DNA of 64,000 nt from Kiloniellales bacterium (GTDB lineage Bacteria; Pseudomonadota; Alphaproteobacteria; Kiloniellales; JAKSDN01): contig JASJEC010000003.1 of assembly GCA_030064845.1 (NCBI GenBank), positions 69,138 to 133,137 on the forward strand, in the 5' to 3' direction. Shown piece by piece: positions 37,244-45,167 of the stretch; positions within the stretch are counted from its first letter, which is position 1, and every line of letters starts with the position of its first letter. The notes beneath the pieces are model-generated. The model searched no databases and had not been told where the DNA came from. It saw only the letters and a list, made by a program, of their open reading frames with translations. Both the position numbers and the translations under genes were made by a program.

Positions 37244-38035
37244 TCACCAGCTGTTGCGCAGTTCGCGCAGCTTGAGGAAGACCGTCTTGGGGTCGGGCTG
37301 GTCCGGCAGGTCCGTGAAGGCCTCGCGCAGGCGCGCGATCACGCTGGGGCTGTGCAGCCGGAAGAAGGTGTTGATCTCTTTCTCGAGGCCGAGAGTCGAG
37401 ACCAGCGCCTCGTCCGGGTCCTGGTCGTCCACGTCGCCGAGCAGCGCTGCCGCCCTGGCGTTGTCCGGCTCCCGGTCGAGGGTGAAGCGCAGGTTGTTGG
37501 CGATGTAGTCGTGGCCCGGATAGATCAGCGTCTCGTCGGGCAGCTTGGCGAGCTGGGCCGCGAAGGTGTGGTAGAGCTCGTTGGGGTGGCCGCCGTTGTG
37601 GCAGTTGCCGGCGCCGGCGTTGAACAGCGTGTCGCCGCAGAACAGCGCCGGCTGGTCGGTGCGGGACAAGAGGCAGACGTGGCTCATGGTGTGGCCCGGC
37701 GTGTCGAGGGCCTCCAGCTCGACCGACTTGCCGACCTTGATGACGTCGCCGGCGCCCAGGCCCCGGTCCATGCCCGGGATCTTGTCCTTGGCGTTCTCGT
37801 GGGCCAGCAGCTTGGCGCCGGTCGCCCTCACCATGGCTTTGTTGCCGCCGATATGGTCGCCGTGCTCGTGGGTGTTGAGGATCTGGGTGATCTCCCAGCC
37901 CTTCTCCTTGGCCTTGGCCAGGCACTTCTTGTGATCCAAGGGGTCGATCGCCAGCGCCTCGCCGGTCTCCGGGCAGGCGATTAGGTAGTTGAAGTTGCGA
38001 TAGGCGTTGGCGGTCCAGATCTGCTCGACGATCAC
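37244..38035 (-). CDS. gloB: hydroxyacylglutathione hydrolase-type metallo-beta-lactamase fold protein
   Basis: 263 aa with a GTG start after GAGGGAAG. NTHEHGDHIGGN zinc motif, and length and C-terminus typical of glyoxalase II. Confidence 0.8.
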   Translation of the reverse strand: MIVEQIWTANAYRNFNYLIACPETGEALAIDPLDHKKCLAKAKEKGWEITQILNTHEHGDHIGGNKAMVRATGAKLLAHENAKDKIPGMDRGLGAGDVIKVGKSVELEALDTPGHTMSHVCLLSRTDQPALFCGDTLFNAGAGNCHNGGHPNELYHTFAAQLAKLPDETLIYPGHDYIANNLRFTLDREPDNARAAALLGDVDDQDPDEALVSTLGLEKEINTFFRLHSPSVIARLREAFTDLPDQPDPKTVFLKLRELRNSW

Positions 38036-38133
38036 GGCTTGCTTCCCTCTTCAGATGAGGCGGGCAGTCTAGCCGGATCGCACCCCTGCGTCAGTCCTTG
38101 AGAAATCTGTTCTGGAGGATCGCTCTACGGGGC

Positions 38134-38886
38134 TCAGACGAAGCGAACGCCCAGCTTGTTGCGGTAGCGCCAGCAGACCACGCATCTGTAGGACGGACCC
38201 ATGTGGATGCGCAGGGTGAACTCATCGGGGCAGTGGGGCAGATCGGCCGGCTGGAGCGCGGCGCCGCCGTCCGAGAGGTTGAGCACGACGCAGTCCATGG
38301 TGCAGGTGGCAGCCCGGTAGACGATGACCGCGCCCTGCAGGACGCTGGAGCGCTCCGATTCCCGGCGCTCCCGGCCCGGCCGCGGGGCCAGACGGATCAC
38401 GGGTTTTCGGCCCGGGGCAGGTTCCGGCTCGGGCTCGGGTTCTGGATCGGGCGCCGCAGGTTCCTCCGGCGGCTCTTCCCGGGTTCGCGCCAGAGCCAAG
38501 TCGATGCGGGTCACCAACTGGTCCCGGTTGAACGGCTTGACCAGGTAGTCGGCGACCCCGAGGCTGAAGCCCAGCTTGGCTTCGTCCTGCCGGACGAGGC
38601 CGGTCTGGATGATGACCGGCGTCTCGACACCCGCGGCGCGGAGCTGCTGAAGCACCTCGTAGCCGTCCATCCCCGGCAGCATCACGTCGAGCAAGATCAG
38701 GTCGTAGGGCTGGTTGACGGCATGGGCCACCGCCTCCTCGCCGCGCGTGACCCAGTCGGTCTTGTGCCTGCAACTCTTGAGCATCAGTTCGACGGCCTTG
38801 CCGATCTGGGGCTCGTCCTCGACCAGGAGAATCTGCAGGCGTTTGGCGTCTTTGGTCGCGGCGCGATGGGAATAGTTCGAACGCAT
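38134..38886 (-). CDS. response regulator receiver domain fused to a C-terminal PilZ-like domain
   Basis: 250 aa. ILLVEDE...DLILLDVMLPGMDG...KPF receiver motifs, an acidic/proline linker PEEPAAPDPEPEPEPEP, then RRESERSS...LNLSDGGAAL, which resembles the PilZ RxxxR / DxSxxG signature. Confidence 0.8.
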   Translation of the reverse strand: MRSNYSHRAATKDAKRLQILLVEDEPQIGKAVELMLKSCRHKTDWVTRGEEAVAHAVNQPYDLILLDVMLPGMDGYEVLQQLRAAGVETPVIIQTGLVRQDEAKLGFSLGVADYLVKPFNRDQLVTRIDLALARTREEPPEEPAAPDPEPEPEPEPAPGRKPVIRLAPRPGRERRESERSSVLQGAVIVYRAATCTMDCVVLNLSDGGAALQPADLPHCPDEFTLRIHMGPSYRCVVCWRYRNKLGVRFV

Positions 38887-38949
38887 AGTTCCGGACTAGA
38901 CGGCGATGGGAAATTTTTCGTTAAGATCGCGCTCCTGAGGGCCCTGCCG

Positions 38950-40728
38950 TCAGGGCATCCAGACAGCCATGATCGTCGGCACCGAGACCGCGACGATCAG
39001 CAGCTCGAGCGGCGCGCCCATCCTGGCGTAGTCGGTGAAGCGGTAGCCGCCGGGGCCCATGACCAGGGCATTGGACTGGTGGCCGATCGGCGTCAGATAG
39101 GGCGAGGCGCTGCCCACGGCGACCGCCATCAGGAAGGGGTCCATCGAGAGGTTCAACGCTCCGGCGACCGAGACGGCGATCGGCGCCATGAGGATCGCCG
39201 TCGGCGAGTTGTGGATCAGGTCGGACAGCCACATGGAGGCGACGACCAGGAGCGCGAGCATGGCCCAGATCGGCAGGTCGCCGGCGGCGCCGACGATCCA
39301 GCCGGCGATCAGCGCCGTGCCGCCGGTCGCCTCCAGGGCCTCGCCGACCGGGATCAGCGCCGCCAGCAGCACGACGACCGGCCACTCGATGCTCTCGTAG
39401 GCGTCCCGCACCGCGATGCGCCCGGCCAGGATCAGGGCCGCGACCGCGGCGACGAAGGCGATCTGGATCGGCACCCAGCCGAAGGCCGACGCGGTGACGG
39501 CGGCGACGAAGATCGAGAGGGTGACCACCCGGCGGCGCGGGTTCTGCGGCCGCAGACCGCGCTCGGCCAGGGGCAAGCAGCCGAGGTCGTCCATCACCTG
39601 GTTCAGCGTCTCCCGCTCGCCCTGCAGCAGCAGCACGTCGCCGGTCTCGAAGCGCACGTTGGCCAGGCGCGCCACGGGACTGCGGTCGCGCCTGGCCACC
39701 GCGAGCAGGTTGACGCCGTAGCGGTCGTGCATCCTGAGCGCCCGCATCCTCTGCCCCTCGATCGGCGAGTCGGGCATGAGCACCGCCTCGACGACGCGGA
39801 CGTCGGGTGAGCGGACCTCCTCTGGTTTGACGGCGTGCTCGGCCAGCTGCCGCAGCATGCCGTCGTCGAACAGCGGCTCGAGCGCCGCCGGGTCACCTTC
39901 CAGCACCAGGATGTCGCCGGCGCGCAGCCGTTCGATGCCCCGCGGGGCGAGTCGGCGGCGCTCGCCGCGCACGATGGACATGACCGTCGCCTCGTTCTCG
40001 CACAGCCGTTCGAGGTGGCGCACGCTCCGGCCGATCAGCCGGGAGCTCGGGCCGACCCGCGCCTCGGTCGTATAGGCCTGGATCCGGAAACGGCCTTCAC
40101 GCGCGGCCTCGCCGTGCCGGTTCTCCGGCAGCAGCCGCCAGCCGATCAGGGTGATGTAGGCGATGCCGGCCAAGGCCACGGCGAGGCCGACCGGCGTGAA
40201 GTCGAACATGCCGAAGGGCTCGCCCGCGGCGTCGCCGCGGAAGGTCGCAACGATGATGTTGGGCGGCGTGCCGATCAGGGTCACCAGCCCGCCGAGCAGC
40301 GAGGCGAAGGAGAGCGGCATGAGCACCTTGGCCGGCGAGCGCCCGGCCCGCTGGGCCGAGCGCAGGGCGACCGGCAGCATGAGCGCCAGCGCCCCGACGT
40401 TGTTCATGAAGGCCGAGATCGCCGCCGTCAGGGCGCCAGCAGCGCCGACCTGGGTGGTGGTCCGGTGCCGGGTCGGCGCCAGGAAGCGTACGAGGTTGTC
40501 GACCACGCCGGAGTCCTGGAGCGAGCGGCTGATGATCAGGACCGCGGCCACGGTGATCACCGCCGGGTGGCCGAAGCCGTGGAAGGCCTCGGCGGCGGGC
40601 ACGATGCCTGCGGCAACCAGCGCCAGCAGTGCCAGGACCGCGACCACGTCGAATCGCCATCGCCCCCAGGCGAAAAGCGCCATGGCCGCCCCGAGAACGG
40701 CGAAGACGATGCCCTGCTCAAAAGTCAT
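38950..40728 (-). CDS. SLC13/DASS-family permease with central TrkA-C (RCK C-terminal) domains
   Basis: 592 aa. Polytopic N- and C-terminal halves separated by two soluble repeats (e.g. GRSVRHLERL...ILVLEGDPAAL and GQRMRALRM...DVLLLQGERETL). Confidence 0.8.
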   Translation of the reverse strand: MTFEQGIVFAVLGAAMALFAWGRWRFDVVAVLALLALVAAGIVPAAEAFHGFGHPAVITVAAVLIISRSLQDSGVVDNLVRFLAPTRHRTTTQVGAAGALTAAISAFMNNVGALALMLPVALRSAQRAGRSPAKVLMPLSFASLLGGLVTLIGTPPNIIVATFRGDAAGEPFGMFDFTPVGLAVALAGIAYITLIGWRLLPENRHGEAAREGRFRIQAYTTEARVGPSSRLIGRSVRHLERLCENEATVMSIVRGERRRLAPRGIERLRAGDILVLEGDPAALEPLFDDGMLRQLAEHAVKPEEVRSPDVRVVEAVLMPDSPIEGQRMRALRMHDRYGVNLLAVARRDRSPVARLANVRFETGDVLLLQGERETLNQVMDDLGCLPLAERGLRPQNPRRRVVTLSIFVAAVTASAFGWVPIQIAFVAAVAALILAGRIAVRDAYESIEWPVVVLLAALIPVGEALEATGGTALIAGWIVGAAGDLPIWAMLALLVVASMWLSDLIHNSPTAILMAPIAVSVAGALNLSMDPFLMAVAVGSASPYLTPIGHQSNALVMGPGGYRFTDYARMGAPLELLIVAVSVPTIMAVWMP

Positions 40729-40880
40729 GTCATACCCCCGGCCAGCATAGCATGGACATCGGATGGGGCAGCAGACGCGCGCTGCCGCTCGAATTCGCCA
40801 TTGCCAGGCGGGGTGGCCTGACCAAAGATCGGAGGAACGAGCAGCCGAAGACCAGGACGAGCACCGGAGGACAGGCGGCC

Positions 40881-42920
40881 ATGACCAGGCAGGACCCGCT
40901 CCTGGAGCCCTTCACGCTGAAGGGCCTGACCATCCGCAACCGCATCATGAGCACCAGCCACGCGCCCGCCTACGTGAAGGACGGGCACCCGCGCGAGCGC
41001 TATCAGCTCTATCACGAGGAGAAGGCCAAGGGCGGCATCGGGCTGACCATGTTCGGCGGCTCGACCAATGTCGCTCCCGACTCGCCCTCGGTCTTCGGCC
41101 AGATCTACGCCGCCGACGATTCCGTCATCCCGCACTTCCAGGCCCTGGCGGACCGGGTGCACAAGCACGGCGCCGCCATCATGTGCCAGATCACCCATAT
41201 GGGCCGGCGCACCACCTGGAACGACGGCGAGTGGCTGCCGGTGATCGCGCCTTCGCGGGTGCGCGAGCCGGCCCACCGGGGTTTCCCCAAGGAGATGGAC
41301 CAGTACGACATCGACCGCACGGTCGCGGCCTATGCCGCTACGGCGCGCCGCGTCAAGGAGGGCGGCCTCGACGGCGTCGAGCTGCTGGCCCACGGCCACC
41401 TGCTGGAGCAGTTCTGGTCGCGCCGGGTCAACAAGCGCAGCGACGGCTACGGCGGCTCGCTGGAAAACCGCATGCGCTTCTCGCTCGAGGTGCTGGAGGC
41501 GGTGCGCCGCGAGGTCGGCCCGGACTTCGTGGTCGGTATCCGCATGGGCTCCGAGAGCGACCTGGAGGACGACCTGACCCTGGAGGAGAACCTCGACATC
41601 GCCGAGAAGATGGAGCAGAGCGGCCTGGTCGACTTCCTCAACATCAACCGCGGCCAGATCGAGAGCGACCAGACGCTCGCCCACATGATGCCCGGCATGT
41701 CTGACCCGCTCGGCGTGCACCTGCACGTGCTCAAGCACTTCCGTGGTCGGGTCAAGCTGCCCCTGTTCCACGCCTGCCGGATCATCGACCTGGCCAGCGC
41801 GCGCCACGCCGTCGAGGCCGGCCTGCTCGACATGGTCGGCATGACCCGGGCGCACATCGCCGACCCCCACATCGTCAGCAAGCTGATGCGCGGCGAGGAG
41901 GAGCGCATCCGGCCCTGCGTCGGCGCCGGCTACTGCCTGGACCGGATCTACGCCGGCGGCGAGGCGCTCTGCATCCACAACGCCGCCACGGGCCGCGAGG
42001 CGACCATGCCCCACGTCGTCCCCAGGTCGGACAAGCCGGGCAAGAAGGCCGTCGTTGTCGGCGGCGGCCCCGGCGGCCTGGAGGCGGCCCGGGTGCTCGC
42101 CGAGCGCGGCCACGAGGTGGTGCTCTTCGAAGCGGCGAAGGCCCTGGGCGGGCAGGTCAACCTGGCGGCCAAGGCGAGCTGGCGCGGCGACATGGTGGGA
42201 ATCGTTCAATGGCTCGAGCACGAGCTGGAGCACCTCGGCGTGACCGTCCACACCAACCGCTACGCCGAGGAGGTGGACATCATCGCCGAACGCCCGGATA
42301 TCGTCATCATGGCCACCGGCGGCCTGCCCGACCCGGTGCTCGATGAGCAGGCCGACCTTGTGCTCTCGGTGGTCGACGTGCTCTCGGGCTCGGTCACGCT
42401 CTCGGGCTCGGTCATGGTCTACGACGACAACGGCCAGCACCCCGGCCCCTCCTGCGCCGAGTTCCTCGCCGAGCGCGGCTGCCAGGTCGAGCTGGTGACG
42501 CCGGACCGCATGGCGGCGGCGGAGATGGGCACTCTCAGCTTTCCGATCTTCCTGGAGCATCTCTACCAGCACGGCGCGACGCTGACCCCGGACCGCCGAT
42601 TGGCCGGCGTGGAAAGACAGGACAACAGGCTCAAGGTGACCCTGCGCAACGAATTCACCGGCGCGGAGGAGACTCGCCTGGTCGACCACCTGGTGGTCGA
42701 GCACGGGACGATCCCCATGGACGAGGTGTTCCACGGCCTCAAGGAGCAGGCCACGAACCACGGCCATACCGACCAGGCCGCCCTGCTCGACGGCCGGCCC
42801 CAACCCGAGGGCGACAACCCCGGCGGGCTGTTTCGGCTGTTCCGCGTCGGCGACGCCGTCGCCAGCCGCAACGTCCACGCCGCGATCTACGACTCGCTGC
42901 GGCTGTGCAAGGATCTCTAG
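40881..42920 (+). CDS. NADH:flavin oxidoreductase paralog (OYE-like + FAD/NAD(P) domain; StcD/N-methylproline-demethylase-like)
   Basis: ORF 40629..42920. ATG 40881 follows GGAGGA and gives MTRQDPLLEPFTLKGLTIRNRIMSTSHAP. AVVVGGGPGGLEAA dinucleotide fold. The Cys motif is reduced to CVGAGYCLDRIYAGGEALC. Confidence 0.85.
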   Translation: MTRQDPLLEPFTLKGLTIRNRIMSTSHAPAYVKDGHPRERYQLYHEEKAKGGIGLTMFGGSTNVAPDSPSVFGQIYAADDSVIPHFQALADRVHKHGAAIMCQITHMGRRTTWNDGEWLPVIAPSRVREPAHRGFPKEMDQYDIDRTVAAYAATARRVKEGGLDGVELLAHGHLLEQFWSRRVNKRSDGYGGSLENRMRFSLEVLEAVRREVGPDFVVGIRMGSESDLEDDLTLEENLDIAEKMEQSGLVDFLNINRGQIESDQTLAHMMPGMSDPLGVHLHVLKHFRGRVKLPLFHACRIIDLASARHAVEAGLLDMVGMTRAHIADPHIVSKLMRGEEERIRPCVGAGYCLDRIYAGGEALCIHNAATGREATMPHVVPRSDKPGKKAVVVGGGPGGLEAARVLAERGHEVVLFEAAKALGGQVNLAAKASWRGDMVGIVQWLEHELEHLGVTVHTNRYAEEVDIIAERPDIVIMATGGLPDPVLDEQADLVLSVVDVLSGSVTLSGSVMVYDDNGQHPGPSCAEFLAERGCQVELVTPDRMAAAEMGTLSFPIFLEHLYQHGATLTPDRRLAGVERQDNRLKVTLRNEFTGAEETRLVDHLVVEHGTIPMDEVFHGLKEQATNHGHTDQAALLDGRPQPEGDNPGGLFRLFRVGDAVASRNVHAAIYDSLRLCKDL

Positions 42921-42959
42921 CACGCCGGTGACGTCGTCTTGGAAGCGGATGGGTCGGGC

Positions 42960-43364
42960 TTACCGGCGCTTCACCGGCAGCTTGATAGACTTCCTACGAA
43001 GGTCCTGATACCGCAGAGTATTTCCCTGCCGGTCCATAACCAGCATGGAACCGCGGCGCTTCTCGTTGGAGCAAAGATTCAGTATGGCCAAGGATCTTCG
43101 GTTCAGGATTCCCGAGTAGACGACCTGATTACAGACTCTATCGTAAACGCAGATTTCCAGATCCTTGTCGCTCGGGTTCTCGAGATTGATTCTTACCGGT
43201 TGAGGGGAAAAATTTTTCCCATAAGCGTGCAGCCAAGGCTTCGGCCAAGGATCCGACCAGCACTGGGTGGATAGGGATTCTGACGATTTGGCAGGGTCCG
43301 CGACCACAGCTGGCGCGAGGCAAAACGCCGGAACCAGCACCACTGAATAGATGAGAACCTTCAT
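42960..43364 (-). CDS. small secreted hypothetical protein (134 aa), low-GC gene
   Basis: Signal peptide MKVLIYSVVLVPAFCLAPAVVA, four Cys in the mature part and a basic C-terminus. 48-56% GC in the two 120-nt stretches I counted. Confidence 0.5.
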   Translation of the reverse strand: MKVLIYSVVLVPAFCLAPAVVADPAKSSESLSTQCWSDPWPKPWLHAYGKNFSPQPVRINLENPSDKDLEICVYDRVCNQVVYSGILNRRSLAILNLCSNEKRRGSMLVMDRQGNTLRYQDLRRKSIKLPVKRR

Positions 43365-43619
43365 GCCGTTTATTTGGGTAACGAGGCAACCCGCAGTGAT
43401 TACACTGCATCTGAACTAGCTCTAGTTTAGCAGAGGCGGACCCAGACACGAACACTCCTAGCCGAAGGGGCTGTTCCGGTTGCGCGAGGCCCCCGCTTGC
43501 AGGAAAGATGTACGCGCCAGTGGCGCGGTGGGAGCGTCCTCGCGGCGAGGAGCGAAAGGGCCGGGCGGCGGACATTGGACAGGGCCCGCCTACGGGCGGC
43601 ACGAACGGGGGGGCGGGTC

Positions 43620-45167
43620 ATGTCAGGCCGATCGATCGCGGCGGTAATCTTCGACATGGACGGCGTGGTCGTGCAGACGGCCGGGATCCACGCGGCCGCC
43701 TGGAAGGCTGTCTTCGACGACTTCCTGAAACGACAATCCGAAGGCGCGGGAACGCCCTTCGTCCCTTTCGACGCGGACAGCGACTATCGGCTCTACGTCG
43801 ACGGCAAGCCGCGCCTCGACGGCGTGCGCGCGTTTCTCGCGTCGCGCGCGATCTCCCTGCCGGAGAGCGGTTCCGGCGAGCCGCCGGTACCGGACAGCGT
43901 CGAAGGGCTCGGGGACCGCAAGAACCGGGCCTTTCTCGAGTTGCTCGAGGGCCGGGGCGCCCGGCCCTACCCCGGCACGGTCGCGCTGATCGACCGCCTG
44001 AAGGCGGCGGGCCTGAAAGTCGCCCTGATCTCGGCCAGCCGGAACTGCGCCGCCATCATCGAGGGCGCCGGACTGACGGGCCTGTTCGACGCGCGGGTCG
44101 ACGGCATCGACAGCGGCCGCCTCGGCCTCGCCGGCAAGCCCGCACCGGACATATTCCTGGAGGCCGCCCGCCGCCTCGGCGTCGCGCCCGGCGAGGCGGC
44201 GGTGGTCGAGGACGCCATCGCGGGCGTCGAGGCGGGACGCCGCGGCGGCTTCGGCTTCGTGGTCGGCGTGGACCGCACGGGCCACCCGGACGACCTGAAG
44301 GCGAACGGAGCCGACGTCGTGGTCTCCGATCTCGCTCTTCTGGAACCCGGGGATCTGGGGCTCGGCGCGCCGGGGAGCGCGCCCCTGCCCTCGGCGCTCT
44401 CCGCCTTCCCCGATATCGCCGCCTGCTTCAGGGGCCTTCGGCCGGCGGTCTTCCTCGACTACGACGGCACCCTTACGCCGATCGTCGATCGGCCGGACCT
44501 CGCCATCCTCGACGACGCGATGCGGCGGCGCGTCGAGCACCTGGCCGGGCTCTGCCCCGTCGCCGTCGTCAGTGGCCGCGGACTGAACGATATCCGCACG
44601 ATGATCGGCCTGGAGGGTCTCTACTACTCGGGCAGCCACGGCTTTCAGATCGCCGGGCCCGGTGACTGGACCCGCGACTACGAGCCGGTGGCGCACATTC
44701 CGGCCGTCGTCGACAGCGCCGTGGCGGAGCTGCACGAGCGACTCGACGGCATCGGCGGCGCGCTGATCGAGCCCAAGCGCTTCTCGGTCGCCGTTCACTA
44801 CCGCCTCGTGGCGCAGCAGGACCTGGACGCGGTCGAGGCGGCCACGGACGCCGTGCTGGCCAGCCGCCCGGAGCTCAAGAAAGGCGGCGGCAAGAAGGTC
44901 TTCGAGCTGCGCCCAGACGTCGCGTGGGACAAGGGTCGCGCCGTGACCTGGCTGGTCGAAACCATGGGCCTCTCGCGCGACGAGACGGTTCCGATCTATC
45001 TGGGCGACGACACGACCGACGAGGACGCCTTCCGCGCGCTGCGGGGATGGGGTCTCGGCGTTGTCGTTCTCGAGGACAGCCGCCCCACTGCGGCCGACTA
45101 TGCGCTTGCCGATCCTGGCGAGGTCGGCCGCTTTCTTGACGCACTGGCGGAGGAGATCGGGCGATGA
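43620..45167 (+). CDS. fusion of HAD-IA (beta-phosphoglucomutase-like) domain and trehalose-phosphatase (OtsB-like) domain
   Basis: ORF 43497..45167 with ATG at 43620. The first domain has AVIFDMDGVVV and VEDAIAGVEAG. The second has VFLDYDGTLTPI and IYLGDDTTDEDAF, the TPP-type HAD motifs. Confidence 0.8.
   Translation: MSGRSIAAVIFDMDGVVVQTAGIHAAAWKAVFDDFLKRQSEGAGTPFVPFDADSDYRLYVDGKPRLDGVRAFLASRAISLPESGSGEPPVPDSVEGLGDRKNRAFLELLEGRGARPYPGTVALIDRLKAAGLKVALISASRNCAAIIEGAGLTGLFDARVDGIDSGRLGLAGKPAPDIFLEAARRLGVAPGEAAVVEDAIAGVEAGRRGGFGFVVGVDRTGHPDDLKANGADVVVSDLALLEPGDLGLGAPGSAPLPSALSAFPDIAACFRGLRPAVFLDYDGTLTPIVDRPDLAILDDAMRRRVEHLAGLCPVAVVSGRGLNDIRTMIGLEGLYYSGSHGFQIAGPGDWTRDYEPVAHIPAVVDSAVAELHERLDGIGGALIEPKRFSVAVHYRLVAQQDLDAVEAATDAVLASRPELKKGGGKKVFELRPDVAWDKGRAVTWLVETMGLSRDETVPIYLGDDTTDEDAFRALRGWGLGVVVLEDSRPTAADYALADPGEVGRFLDALAEEIGR

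Noticed and set aside
40725-42923. 732-aa minus-strand ORF
   Set aside because: Antisense shadow of the second OYE-FAD gene.
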